The notes under the pieces are model-generated. The model saw only the letters and a program-made list of their open reading frames with translations. It did no database searches and had not been told where the DNA came from. From contig PSMU01000006.1 in assembly GCA_040290255.1 (NCBI GenBank), positions 1 to 27,554 of the forward strand: a stretch of 27,554 nt of DNA, written 5' to 3'. Below, piece after piece: positions 8,030 through 17,219 of the stretch. The position numbers and the translations under genes were made by a program. The stretch comes from Nitrososphaerota archaeon (GTDB taxonomy: Archaea > Thermoproteota > Nitrososphaeria > PSMU01). Numbering within the stretch: the first letter of the stretch is position 1; each line of letters opens with the position of its first letter.

Positions 8030-8272
8030 GTGGCTCACGTGGCCTTCGTGCTGATCAACGCGGAGCTGGGCTCGGAGGAGGACCTCGCGAGGGAGCTGAG
8101 GAAGATCGAGGGCGTATCGGAGGTCTACATAGTCTACGGCGTCTACGACATCATAGCGAAGGTGGAGGCGGACAGCATGGAGAAGGTGAAGGAGATAATA
8201 ACGTGGAAGATAAGGCGCCTGCCCAAGGTGAGGAGCACGCTCACCATGATCACCGTGGGCCAGAAGCAGTAG
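8030..8272 (+). CDS. Stand-alone Lrp/AsnC ligand-binding (RAM) domain protein
   Basis: AFVLIN...IEGV.EVY.VYGVYDIIAKVE...IRRL..V.STLT; no HTH domain. Confidence 0.9.
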   Translation: MAHVAFVLINAELGSEEDLARELRKIEGVSEVYIVYGVYDIIAKVEADSMEKVKEIITWKIRRLPKVRSTLTMITVGQKQ

Positions 8273-8283
8273 GGCCTGCCAGG

Positions 8284-9555
8284 ATGCCGCTGCACGTGGG
8301 CATCGATGATACGGACTCGCCCAGGGCGATGTGCACCACGTACGTGGGCTATAGGCTCGTCGAGGAGCTGGTGCGCCGAGGGTTCGCGCTCAGGGGCCTG
8401 CCCAGGCTCATAAGGCTCAATCCAAATTGCCCCTATAAGACCAGGGGCAACTGCGCCATAGGCCTTTCGCTCGAAGCCGATGAGCGCCGAGCCCAAGAGG
8501 TGCTGGAAGTTGCCGTCCAAGCGGTGCGGAGATGGGCGGACTTAGGGCATGAGTTCACGGAGCCCGCGGTCGTGGTGCTCCGCGGCGAAGTTGCCGCCGA
8601 GCTGAAGGACTTCTCCAGGAGGGCCGTGAGGGAGCTGCTCCATGTCGAGGAGGCGAGGGAGCTCCTGGAGCGCCATCGCGCGCTCTGGGCGACGCTGAAG
8701 GAGAGCGGGCTGGGGCTCATCGGCGCCCTGGCGGCGGCGGCCTACGAGTTCTCCGGCAATTCGACCTACGAGCTGCTGGCCTATAGGCAGAGCGGCAGCT
8801 GGGGCAGGCCCAGGCTCGTGGAGGAGACCTCGGTGCTGAGCATGGATGAGCGCACGAGGCCCTATACCTTCGATAACGTGGACTACAGCACGGGCGAGAT
8901 CAGGATAACGCCCCATACCCCCTGCCCCGTGCTCTACGGCATCAGGGGCGTGGACCCCTATCACCTCTGCCTCGCGCACGCCTTGGTCAGGGCGAGGGAG
9001 CCCGTGGAGGGCTGGCTCATCTACGAAACGAACCAGGCGAGCGACGAGCACCTGCAGAGGCTCAAGGTGGGCGCGCTCAGGCCCTACGTGAGCGCCCGAA
9101 TACTGGGATATATCTCCTCGAGGCCCCGCGTGGAGCGCGGGGGGCACCTGTTCTTTGGCCTGAGGGATGAAACCGGGGAGGTGAGGTGCGCGGTCTACGA
9201 GCCCATGAAGGGCCTCAGGAGGCAGCTGCTGGCGCTTGAGCTGGGGGATGTGGTCGAGGTGGACGGCGCGTATAAGCCCAGGGAGGGCCAGGAGGTCACC
9301 CTCAACGTGGAGCGCATCAGGGTGCTCAGGCTCGCCCCGAAGGTGAGGAGGCTTGCGCCGCCCTGCGCCAGCTGCGGCGGCAGAATGAAGTCCTATGGCC
9401 TGGCCAGCGGGTATAGATGCGCGCGCTGCGGGGCCAGGGCCGGGCCGGAGGCGGCCAGGCTTGTAGAAGTGGCCAGGCAGCTGCAGCCGGGCACCTATGA
9501 GGCCCCCGCCAGGGCCCGAAGGCATCTGGCCAAGCCTCTGGCGAGGATCTATTGA
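8284..9555 (+). CDS. tiaS: tRNA(Ile2) agmatinylcytidine synthase
   Basis: GIDDTDS, CTTY, RLNPNCPYKTRGN, GLIGALAA, PH.P.PVLYGIRG, TNQ.SD.H, OB fold and zinc ribbon, RRHL.KP; start moved to ATG 8284. Confidence 0.95.
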   Translation: MPLHVGIDDTDSPRAMCTTYVGYRLVEELVRRGFALRGLPRLIRLNPNCPYKTRGNCAIGLSLEADERRAQEVLEVAVQAVRRWADLGHEFTEPAVVVLRGEVAAELKDFSRRAVRELLHVEEARELLERHRALWATLKESGLGLIGALAAAAYEFSGNSTYELLAYRQSGSWGRPRLVEETSVLSMDERTRPYTFDNVDYSTGEIRITPHTPCPVLYGIRGVDPYHLCLAHALVRAREPVEGWLIYETNQASDEHLQRLKVGALRPYVSARILGYISSRPRVERGGHLFFGLRDETGEVRCAVYEPMKGLRRQLLALELGDVVEVDGAYKPREGQEVTLNVERIRVLRLAPKVRRLAPPCASCGGRMKSYGLASGYRCARCGARAGPEAARLVEVARQLQPGTYEAPARARRHLAKPLARIY

Positions 9556-11750
9556 GGGGCCCCGAGGCCTACGTGCTCCTGCTCGGGCAGGATGACCCCA
9601 GGCGCTGCACGGGCAGGAGGGTGGTGGCCAGGGGCCTGGCCAGGCCGCTCTACAGCAGGAGGAGCCTGGCTCTGCTGAGGGGGGCGCTCATCCTGAACCC
9701 CTTTGGGCGCCTGCTGCTGCCCTCCGAGGTCAGGACCTGCGCCGCGCTCGTGGCCATCGACGGCTCCTGGAGGAACCTGCCCACGCTTTTCAGGGGGCTC
9801 AGGAGGCAGGCCTTCAGACGCCTTCCGCTGCTGCTGGCGGGCAACCCCACGAACTACGCCGTGCTGGGCAAGCTGAGCACGCTGGAGGCCCTGGCCGCGG
9901 CCTATTACTTGGGGGGCTTCGTGGAGAGGGCCCTGGGCCTCTGCGCCCTCGTGAAGTGGGGCTCCACCTTCCTGGCCCTCAACAGGGAGCCCCTGGAGGA
10001 CTACAGGCGCGCGAAGGGCGAGGAGGAGCTGCTCGCGCTGGAGAGGAGGTACTTCGGCTTCACGCCCGGCGGCGGGGCGGGGCCCTGGGGCCCAGGCGAG
10101 GGCCAGCAGGCGAAGGCCGGCGGCGAGCACGGAAAGGAAGAGGAGCATGCTCTCCGGCGTGAAGAGGCGGTAGCTCACGCCCATGAAGAGGTACCAGAGC
10201 ATGAGCGGGAGGGTTAGGTAGATGCGCTGTGAATACACGTAGATGAGCAGGTAGATGGTGAGCCCCCCGAGCGCGAACAGAAGCAGCGCAAGCCCCCTCC
10301 TCAGCCTCGTAGGGCCGCGCCCCATCAGCGGCCAGGCGTAGGCAGCGGGCAGCAGCAGGAAGGTGGCGCCGAAGGGGTTCAGGGCCAGGGCTACGAGCGA
10401 GAGAAGGGCGAGCGCGAGCGCCTCGGCCGCGAGGGCTTGGTCCGGCGCCGGGCGTAGCCTTCGGCCGAGCCTGAAGGCGCCATAGAGCCCTAGAAGGAGG
10501 GCCGCGGCCCAGAGCGCCATGGCCCCGTAGGCGGGCTGGTAGAGCAAGGGATGTCGAGGAGGCGGGGGGTAGAGCTCGTAGTAGGGCAGCAGGTTGAGCA
10601 GCGGGAGCGCCTTCGCCAGCGCATAGGCGCCCGTCAGCGCCGCCAGCACGGCCAAATAGCAGCCCGCCTCCCTCCAGGCCTCCCGCTTCAGGCGGCGCGC
10701 TGAAGCGAGCGCAAAGATATACAGCGGGCCGAGCAGCGCCGCTTGGGCTAGCGGTAGCACGTTGGAGCCCACGCGCCCCTGGCCTGTGGCCAGATAGTAG
10801 GAACTCTCCCGTGGGAGGGAGGGCAGCGCCTCCAGCGCCTCCAGCGCGCAGGCGCTCACCCTGCCATAGGCGAGCAGCGCCTCCTCCGTCACGAGCTCAT
10901 AGACGTCCTCGGGCGTATGGTACACCTGGCGCGAGAGCTCCGGCCTGTCGCCCCACGTGGAGTACTGGACCGCGGCGATGCCCTGCCTCAGCAGGGGGCC
11001 CTGGTCCGTGAAGGAGATGAGCACCGCCCTCTGCGCATACTCCTCGAGCCCAAGGGGCTGGGAAAAGGCCAGGCCCTCCTTTTCCGCACAGGCCGCGATC
11101 AGCTCCCTGAGCCAGAGCGGCGAGTATCCGGCAAACTGGCCTATGGGGTCCACGGCGATGCCCAGCGCCCTGCCCACGTCCACGTATTCGGGCACCAGCG
11201 CCACGGAGGGGGGCAGGGGGCCCGGGTAGTGCTGGGCCAGGTATGCCGCGCCCAGCATGCCCCACTCCTCGCCGTCCACGAAGGCAAAGGCCACGCCCCT
11301 CTTGAGCGGCTGCGAGGCCAGAGAATGGGCCAGCGCGAGCACGACGCCCACGGCGGCCGAGGTGTAGGCCGACTCGGTGGCCGTGGGGGCCTGGTCGTAG
11401 TTGGTAAGGATCAGTATCGCCTCCGCGCCCTGGCCCTGCCTGATGGCCAGCACGTTCCTCAGCGTCACCTGCTCCCCCAGCCGGGCCGTGAACTCCTGCA
11501 CCGTAACATCATAGCCCCACTGCCCGAGCAGGCCGGCCAGCCAGAGCGCCGCGGCCTGGGCATCGGGGGAGCCCGTGGACTTGTGGGGGAAGGCCTTGGC
11601 GAAGGTCCTGCCCAGCAGGTAGGCCTCCGTGGCGTTGAAGGTGGGGCTGGCGGGCAGGGGGAAGGAGTAGGAGGTGGGCTGCGCGCCCCATGAGAGCAGA
11701 AGAAGGCCTAGCAGCGGCAGGCTGATGCCAAGCGCCGCTAGGGCCTTCAT
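9549..11750 (-). CDS. M28 peptidase-like membrane protein (N-terminal signal/TM, M28-like domain, multi-TM C-terminus); true 3' end uncertain, possibly near 10060
   Basis: NVLA, DGEEWG.LGA, YHTPED motifs followed by about 7 hydrophobic helices; ATG at 11750 overlaps the upstream stop (ATGA). Confidence 0.75.
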   Translation of the reverse strand: MKALAALGISLPLLGLLLLSWGAQPTSYSFPLPASPTFNATEAYLLGRTFAKAFPHKSTGSPDAQAAALWLAGLLGQWGYDVTVQEFTARLGEQVTLRNVLAIRQGQGAEAILILTNYDQAPTATESAYTSAAVGVVLALAHSLASQPLKRGVAFAFVDGEEWGMLGAAYLAQHYPGPLPPSVALVPEYVDVGRALGIAVDPIGQFAGYSPLWLRELIAACAEKEGLAFSQPLGLEEYAQRAVLISFTDQGPLLRQGIAAVQYSTWGDRPELSRQVYHTPEDVYELVTEEALLAYGRVSACALEALEALPSLPRESSYYLATGQGRVGSNVLPLAQAALLGPLYIFALASARRLKREAWREAGCYLAVLAALTGAYALAKALPLLNLLPYYELYPPPPRHPLLYQPAYGAMALWAAALLLGLYGAFRLGRRLRPAPDQALAAEALALALLSLVALALNPFGATFLLLPAAYAWPLMGRGPTRLRRGLALLLFALGGLTIYLLIYVYSQRIYLTLPLMLWYLFMGVSYRLFTPESMLLFLSVLAAGLRLLALAWAPGPRPAAGREAEVPPLQREQLLLALRAPVVLQGLPVEGQEGGAPLHEGAEAQGPLHEAPQVIGRGQGLQRAQLAQHGVVRGVARQQQRKASEGLPPEPPEKRGQVPPGAVDGHERGAGPDLGGQQQAPKGVQDERPPQQSQAPPAVERPGQAPGHHPPARAAPGVILPEQEHVGLGAPQ
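9552..10217 (+). CDS. tsr3: rRNA aminocarboxypropyltransferase Tsr3 (DUF367), with a C-terminal extension
   Basis: QDDPRRCTG, D.SW, RRLP.LLAGNP.NY...KLST.EALAAA, KWG.TFL.LN; recognisable homology ends near 10060. Confidence 0.9.
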   Translation: MRGPEAYVLLLGQDDPRRCTGRRVVARGLARPLYSRRSLALLRGALILNPFGRLLLPSEVRTCAALVAIDGSWRNLPTLFRGLRRQAFRRLPLLLAGNPTNYAVLGKLSTLEALAAAYYLGGFVERALGLCALVKWGSTFLALNREPLEDYRRAKGEEELLALERRYFGFTPGGGAGPWGPGEGQQAKAGGEHGKEEEHALRREEAVAHAHEEVPEHEREG

Positions 11751-12856
11751 GTGGGCAACGGCAGGGGCTGCCAGGCCTGCCCCTTCAGCTCGAAGAGCCC
11801 TAATCCCTGGCGGGCCAGCTCGACGAGCAGCGGGAGAGCGGGCAGGCAGCCTTCGGGCGCATAGCAGCCGGGCTCGGCCACCCGCCCCTTGGCCAGGAGC
11901 TCGGCGCAGAGCGCGGCGGGAAGGGCCGTCAGCCTCCCCATCCTGTCGGCCGCCGCAAGGCCCAGGGAGCCCGAGGGCGATGAGACATCGACCCTTACGG
12001 CGCTGCACTCTACGCCTCCGGAGCGAAATACGTCCTCTATGCGGTGCAAAAGCTCCGCCAGGCGCCTCCTCCTGCCCGGCGTCGAGGTCAGGCGCAGCTT
12101 CACGAAGAACCGGCCCAGGCCGTTCTGCCAGTCCGGCACGAGCCCTCCCTTGACCTCCACGGAGCTTAGACCGCGGAGGTAAAGCGGCAGCGTCACGGGC
12201 TCGGGATGGCCCGTATAATAGGTGAAGGCCCTGCCGATGGGCTCGGGGAAGAGCACCTCCTCCTTGCCCGAGCCGGCCTCCACGAGGCTCCTCCTGCCCT
12301 CAAGGTACATGGGCACCCGGCCCGTTATGGCGTAGAGCAGGTGCATGATCACGGCCAGGCCCCTGCTGTCGGCCGCCGAGCCCACCCAGTGCACGCGCAC
12401 CTGGGCCGCGCCGCCCAGCCTTTCATAGGCGTATTTGGCCAAGAGGTTGCTGAGGCCAGGGGTCCAGCCCATGCCCGTGATCACCGTCATGCCGCGGGAG
12501 CGCGCCGCCTCGTGCAGGGCCAAGATCTGCTCGGCCGCATCATAGTCGTCGCAGATGTCGACGTAGTTCGTGCCCGCCTCCAGCGCGGCCCTGGCCAGAG
12601 GAGGCCCAAATTCATAGAAGGGGCCCAGCGCGCTCACGGCTACATCGTAGCCCCTCAGCAGCCGCACCAGCTGGTCGGCCTGGCGGGCGTCCACGTGCAC
12701 GTACCTGCATCTTTCGCCCGCCTCCGCCGCCAGGGCCATGCCCCTCTCCCTGTTCACGTCGCCCACGTGCACCTCATCGAAGGCGCCCCGAGAGGCGAGG
12801 GCCCTTACTATGTGGCTGCCCATGTCGCCGGCCCCACCCAGCACGAGCACCTTCAC
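11747..12856 (-). CDS. Saccharopine dehydrogenase-like NAD(P)-dependent oxidoreductase
   Basis: Rossmann VLVLGGAGDMG, GPFY.FG, NYVDICDD, GMGWTPGLSNL, GHPEP.TLP; probable GTG start at 12856. Confidence 0.85.
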   Translation of the reverse strand: MKVLVLGGAGDMGSHIVRALASRGAFDEVHVGDVNRERGMALAAEAGERCRYVHVDARQADQLVRLLRGYDVAVSALGPFYEFGPPLARAALEAGTNYVDICDDYDAAEQILALHEAARSRGMTVITGMGWTPGLSNLLAKYAYERLGGAAQVRVHWVGSAADSRGLAVIMHLLYAITGRVPMYLEGRRSLVEAGSGKEEVLFPEPIGRAFTYYTGHPEPVTLPLYLRGLSSVEVKGGLVPDWQNGLGRFFVKLRLTSTPGRRRRLAELLHRIEDVFRSGGVECSAVRVDVSSPSGSLGLAAADRMGRLTALPAALCAELLAKGRVAEPGCYAPEGCLPALPLLVELARQGLGLFELKGQAWQPLPLPT

Positions 12857-12879
12857 GCTCCTATATCGCCGGCAGAGCA

Positions 12880-12885
12880 TTTAAA
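12880..12885. promoter_or_regulatory. Palindromic TATA element between divergent genes
   Basis: TTTAAA lies about 24 nt from both the GTG at 12856 (-) and the TTG at 12910 (+). Confidence 0.6.
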
Positions 12886-12909
12886 GCCGCGCCACGCCCT
12901 CCTGCCGGC

Positions 12910-14376
12910 TTGCAGGGCCTCAGCTTCGGCAGGCTCAGGGCGTACATAGGCGGCAGGTGGGTGGAGCCCGAGGCCGAGAGGTGGGAGCCCATCTATGACC
13001 CCGGCCGAGGCGTGCCCATAGGGCAGGTGCCCTTCTGTGGGGAGCGGGACGTGGGCGAGGCCGTCGAGGCCGCCCAGAGGGCCTTTGAGGAGTGGTCCTC
13101 CAGGCCGGTGCATGAGAGGGTGAGGCTGCTGCTGAGGATCAGGGCCGTGCTGGAGGAGCGCCAGGAGGAGCTCGCGGCGCTGACGACGCTCAACCACGGC
13201 AAGACGCTGAGGGAGAGCAGGGGGGATATGAGGAGGACGATGGAGAACGTGGAGGCCGCGATCGCGGCAACCATTCAGCTGGCGAAGGGCGAGAGGCTCG
13301 ATGAGGTGGGCAGGGGCATCGATACCTATGTAAGGAAGGAGCCGCTGGGCGTGTTCGCGGTCATAGGGCCCTTCAACTTCCCGATCATGGTCCCCTTCTG
13401 GTTCATCCCCTATGCCCTGGGCCTTGGGTGCGCGGTGGTCGTGAAGCCCAGCGAGGTTACCCCGCTGCCGCTCACCGAAGCCATTCGGCTGCTTGAGGGG
13501 GAGGCGGGGGTGCCGCCCGGGCTGGTCAACGTCATACATGGGGGCAAGGAGACGGCCGAGGCCCTGATAAGGCACCGCGACGTTAAGGGCGTCTGCTTCG
13601 TGGGCTCCACGCCCGCGGCAAGGTCCGTGTACAGGCTCGCCGGCGAGCTGGGCAAGAGGTGCATAGCGGGCGGAGGGGCCAAGAACTTCTGCGTCGTGCT
13701 GCCCGACGCGGACCTGGCCTCCACGGTGCCGGCCCTGCTGGAGGGGTTCTTCGGCAACGCGGGGCAGAGGTGCCTCAGCAGCGCCAACCTGGTGGCCGTG
13801 GGCGAGGCAGAGCAGCGGCTCGTGCCTAAGTTGACGGAGGCCGCGGCCAGGCTGAGGGTGGGCTATGGGTTCGAGGAGGCGACGGAGATGGGCCCGCTCG
13901 TCTCCGGCAGGGCCAGGGAGAGGGTGAGCGGCTATGTTGAGGCCGCGCTGCGCGAAGGCGCCCGCCTGACGCACGGGGGCAAGGCCCTCTCCGTGCCGGG
14001 CTATGAGGGGGGCTTTTACTTTGCGCCCACGGTGCTGACGGAGGTCCTGCCCGATATGAAGGTGGCCAAGGAGGAGGTCTTCGGGCCCGTGGCGGGCGTC
14101 ATGAGGGCCGAGGGTATCGAGCAGGCCCTGGAGCTGGTCAACGGCGCGACGGGATACGGGAACGCGGTGACGCTCTTCACTCGAAGCGGCGCCAGCGCGA
14201 GGGAGTTCGCGAGGCGCGTGAAGGCGGGCAACGTGGGCATAAACGTGCCCGTGCCCGCGCCCGTGGGCTACTTCCCGTTCGGAGGAATGCGGGACTCCTT
14301 CTTCGGCATCCTGCACCCCCAGATGGACAGCGTGGAGTTCTTCACGGATAAGAAGGTCGTCATCGAGCGCTGGTAG
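12910..14376 (+). CDS. CoA-acylating methylmalonate/malonate-semialdehyde dehydrogenase family aldehyde dehydrogenase
   Basis: PFNFP.M.P.W, FVGST, GGAKN, FGNAGQRC, EEVFGPV, GINVPVPAP...FPFGG...SFFG.LH are ALDH family 6 features. Confidence 0.85.
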   Translation: MQGLSFGRLRAYIGGRWVEPEAERWEPIYDPGRGVPIGQVPFCGERDVGEAVEAAQRAFEEWSSRPVHERVRLLLRIRAVLEERQEELAALTTLNHGKTLRESRGDMRRTMENVEAAIAATIQLAKGERLDEVGRGIDTYVRKEPLGVFAVIGPFNFPIMVPFWFIPYALGLGCAVVVKPSEVTPLPLTEAIRLLEGEAGVPPGLVNVIHGGKETAEALIRHRDVKGVCFVGSTPAARSVYRLAGELGKRCIAGGGAKNFCVVLPDADLASTVPALLEGFFGNAGQRCLSSANLVAVGEAEQRLVPKLTEAAARLRVGYGFEEATEMGPLVSGRARERVSGYVEAALREGARLTHGGKALSVPGYEGGFYFAPTVLTEVLPDMKVAKEEVFGPVAGVMRAEGIEQALELVNGATGYGNAVTLFTRSGASAREFARRVKAGNVGINVPVPAPVGYFPFGGMRDSFFGILHPQMDSVEFFTDKKVVIERW

Positions 14377-14383
14377 CGCGGGA

Positions 14384-14471
14384 CGGGCCCGGCGGGATTC
14401 GAACCCGCGACCCCCGGCTTAGAAGGCCGCTGCGCGAGCGCTGTGCGCTGTCCGAGCTGCGCCACGGGCCC
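14384..14471 (-). tRNA. tRNA-Arg(TCT) with a predicted 13-nt intron at position 27/28 (14430-14442)
   Basis: After removing AGCGCTCGCGCAG: GGGCCCG TG GCGC AGCTCGGACA GCGC A CCGGC CTTCTAA GCCGG GGGTC GCGGG TTCGAAT CCCGC CGGGCCC G, with all stems perfect. Confidence 0.9.
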
Positions 14472-14480
14472 GAGAGGTGC

Positions 14481-17219
14481 TCAGAGCTGCCTGGCGCCGG
14501 ATTTAACGCTTTCCCTGAGCCCCTGGAGCACCTCCCCCGCCCTTGCGCCCGGCACGCCGCCCTGGGCGAACCTGTCATCGCCGCCGGCCCCGCCGCCATA
14601 TCTCTTCGCCACGGCCAGCAGCAGCCCCTTGGCCGAGAGCCCCCTCCTGCGGGCCTCCTCGCCCACGCCGGCCAGCAGCCTCAGGCCAGCCCCCTCTTGA
14701 TGGGCTATCACGCAGACCAGGCGCGGGTTAGCCCTGATGGCCTCCTCTATAAAGGCGCCATAGGCCTCCGCCGGGAGCGGAGGCGCCTCCCATGAGAAGT
14801 AATAGAGCCCGGCCAGGCTCTCGGCCCCCCCGCCCGCAACCACCCTGGCCAGCTCCCTCAGCGCCTGCCTGATGCCCTTCTCCCTTGCCTCGGCCCTCTC
14901 CAGCAGGGCCCTCAGGGTGTCCAGGGCCTTTTCGTGAGAGGTGCCCAGGGCCCTCACGACCTCCCGCACGAAGGCCTCCTGCGCCCTCACATACTCCAGC
15001 GCGGCCTCGCCCGCCACATATACTAGCCGCTCCACGCCGTCCTGCACGCGCTCGCTCCTGACGACCTTTATCAGCCCTATCTCGCCCGTGGAAGAGCAGT
15101 GAGTGCCGCCGCAGGCCTCGACGTCATAGTCCCCCACCTTGACGATCCTCAACACCCTGCCCGGATAGGCCCCGCCCTGATAGATCCTGAAGGAGTACCT
15201 GGCCTCGGCCTCCGGCCTGGGCAGGTATTCGATGGTCACCGCCAGGTTCTGCCTGACCACCCTGTTCGCCTCCTCCTCTATCCTCCTGAGCTCCTCCTCC
15301 TCGAGCCTCCTGAAGTGCGTGATGTCCAGTCTCGCGTAGTCGGGCGTCTTGAGCGCGGAGTGCTGCCATACCCATCCGCCCAGCGCCCTCCTGGCGGCCG
15401 CGTTGAGGATATGCGTGGCCGTGTGATGGGCCATGATCCTCCTCCTCCTCGCGATGTCCACGAGCCCCTCCACCATCTCCCCCTCCGAGAAGCTTGGAGG
15501 GGAGGCCAGCTTGTGCAGGACCACGTCGCCCAGCTTCTGCACATCGACCACCTGTATGCCCCCCAGCGTGCCCGTATCGGCCACCTGCCCCCCTCCTTCG
15601 GGGTAGAAGGCCGTGGCCTCCAGCACAACCCAGGGCCCCGGCAGCACCCTAAGGACCCTGCTGGAGAAGCGCGCCAGCGAGGCGTCCTCATAATAGAGCG
15701 GCCTGGTGGGCGGGAGCCCCTCGAGCCCCTGCTCAAGCGCGCGGGGCCTCTCCTCCCTCCTCTCCTGCGCCCTTTCGGAGAGCCTGGAGTAGAAGGCGGC
15801 GGGCACCTCCTGCAGCAGGCCCCTCTCCTGCAGGAGCTCCGGGCTCACGCCGTGTGATTCGTAGAGCGTGACCAGCCTGTCCACGCTCAGCTGCCCCCCC
15901 TCCCTGCCCAGCCGGGCGAGCAGCTCATCGACCCTGGAGAGGGTCCTGGCATACTTCTCCTGCTCCGCCTCCAGCACCGCGAAGACGTCATCGATGCGCT
16001 CGAGCAGCTCAGGGTACATGGCCTTCAGCTCCTCCGCATGCCAGAGGCAGACCTGCTTTATGTCCAGGGCCCAGCCATAACGCCTCATCAGCGAAAGGGC
16101 CCTCCTGAGCACGAGCCTGAGGTTATAGCCGCCCGCCATGTTGCTCGGTATGAGGCCATCCGCGATGGCGAAGAGAAGGGTGCGCGCGTGGTCCGCGATG
16201 GCGTAGGCCGCCTGAAGGGGGAGTATTTGGGAGGCCAGGGAGCGCTCCTCCACGCCCAGGCGGCCCGCCACCCGCCTGAGCAGGGCCAGCGGCTGCACCT
16301 CCGCCTCCCAGTCCTCCAGCCCCGCCTCGATGGCAAAGGAGGAGAGCAGGCGCCCATCATAGGCCAGGCCCGTGGCCTCGATGATCCCGCGCAGGGCGCC
16401 GGGGAAGACGCTCTCATAGCTCATGGGCGTGCCGTTCAGCAGCCAGGCGAAGCGCTCCAGGCCGGCGCCCATGTCGATCACCTTCTGCTTCGTGCGGCGG
16501 TAGCTCTCCGGCGTGCCCTCGAACTCCGTGAAGACGGCGTTTCCCAGCTCCAGCCCCCTCACAAAGTATTCCAGCGAGTACCCAAAGGCCCCATAGCCCA
16601 GCCAGACATCCTCTTTGAAGACGACCTCCTCCTTGGGTATGCCCAGGCGCCTCGTGAGCAGCTCGAAGTCCAGGTCGATGCAGGTATCCTTCCAGTAGCC
16701 GCCATCCACGCCCTCGCCCGTGATGCTGTGCTGGCCTATCATGCAGAAGGTAGTATAATGCTTGCCGCTCAGGCCCACGTTGCCCAGGTCCTTGAACCGC
16801 ACGCAGACCTGCGGGATGATGAGCGGGTTCGCGGGGAACTCGAAGATGACGCGCGAGTCCTCCACCCTCTGAAAGCTCACGATGGAGGCGACGGTGAAGT
16901 AAAGGTCGGGCCTCCAGCGCGCCACGACGGGATAGCGGGCCACGCTCGCATGCCCGTGCCCCTTGAAGAAGGCCTCGATCTCCCTCCAGGCCTCCACATA
17001 TCCCAGCCTGCGGGGCGTGGGGGGCTTCCCGATGAAGCCATAGCGCTCACAGGGCTGGTCGGGGCAAGTGCGCCTCTGCGGGTCCAGCGTCCAGAAGTGT
17101 CGGCCGCAGCTTGGGCAGCGCTTCCTAAGGAACCCCTCCCTCCTGAAGAGCTCGACCTCGTAGAACTCCTTGTAGCGCTCCGAAAAGTAGCGCTGGAGCT
17201 CCTCCTTGGCCGCCTTCAT
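14481..17219 (-). CDS. alaS: Alanine--tRNA ligase (archaeal type)
   Basis: RYPVVARWR.DLYF, GLELGN.VF, IDMGAGLER, IADH.R, HHTATH, YQGG, EACGGTH editing motif, GGG...FAQGG; start moved to ATG 17219. Confidence 0.97.
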   Translation of the reverse strand: MKAAKEELQRYFSERYKEFYEVELFRREGFLRKRCPSCGRHFWTLDPQRRTCPDQPCERYGFIGKPPTPRRLGYVEAWREIEAFFKGHGHASVARYPVVARWRPDLYFTVASIVSFQRVEDSRVIFEFPANPLIIPQVCVRFKDLGNVGLSGKHYTTFCMIGQHSITGEGVDGGYWKDTCIDLDFELLTRRLGIPKEEVVFKEDVWLGYGAFGYSLEYFVRGLELGNAVFTEFEGTPESYRRTKQKVIDMGAGLERFAWLLNGTPMSYESVFPGALRGIIEATGLAYDGRLLSSFAIEAGLEDWEAEVQPLALLRRVAGRLGVEERSLASQILPLQAAYAIADHARTLLFAIADGLIPSNMAGGYNLRLVLRRALSLMRRYGWALDIKQVCLWHAEELKAMYPELLERIDDVFAVLEAEQEKYARTLSRVDELLARLGREGGQLSVDRLVTLYESHGVSPELLQERGLLQEVPAAFYSRLSERAQERREERPRALEQGLEGLPPTRPLYYEDASLARFSSRVLRVLPGPWVVLEATAFYPEGGGQVADTGTLGGIQVVDVQKLGDVVLHKLASPPSFSEGEMVEGLVDIARRRRIMAHHTATHILNAAARRALGGWVWQHSALKTPDYARLDITHFRRLEEEELRRIEEEANRVVRQNLAVTIEYLPRPEAEARYSFRIYQGGAYPGRVLRIVKVGDYDVEACGGTHCSSTGEIGLIKVVRSERVQDGVERLVYVAGEAALEYVRAQEAFVREVVRALGTSHEKALDTLRALLERAEAREKGIRQALRELARVVAGGGAESLAGLYYFSWEAPPLPAEAYGAFIEEAIRANPRLVCVIAHQEGAGLRLLAGVGEEARRRGLSAKGLLLAVAKRYGGGAGGDDRFAQGGVPGARAGEVLQGLRESVKSGARQL

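Noticed and set aside
7840-8283. N-terminal extensions of tiaS (and likewise aglB, alaS, M28-like, CatE-like) in the ORF track
   Set aside because: They overlap neighbouring genes or promoters; homology and TATA spacing support the downstream starts
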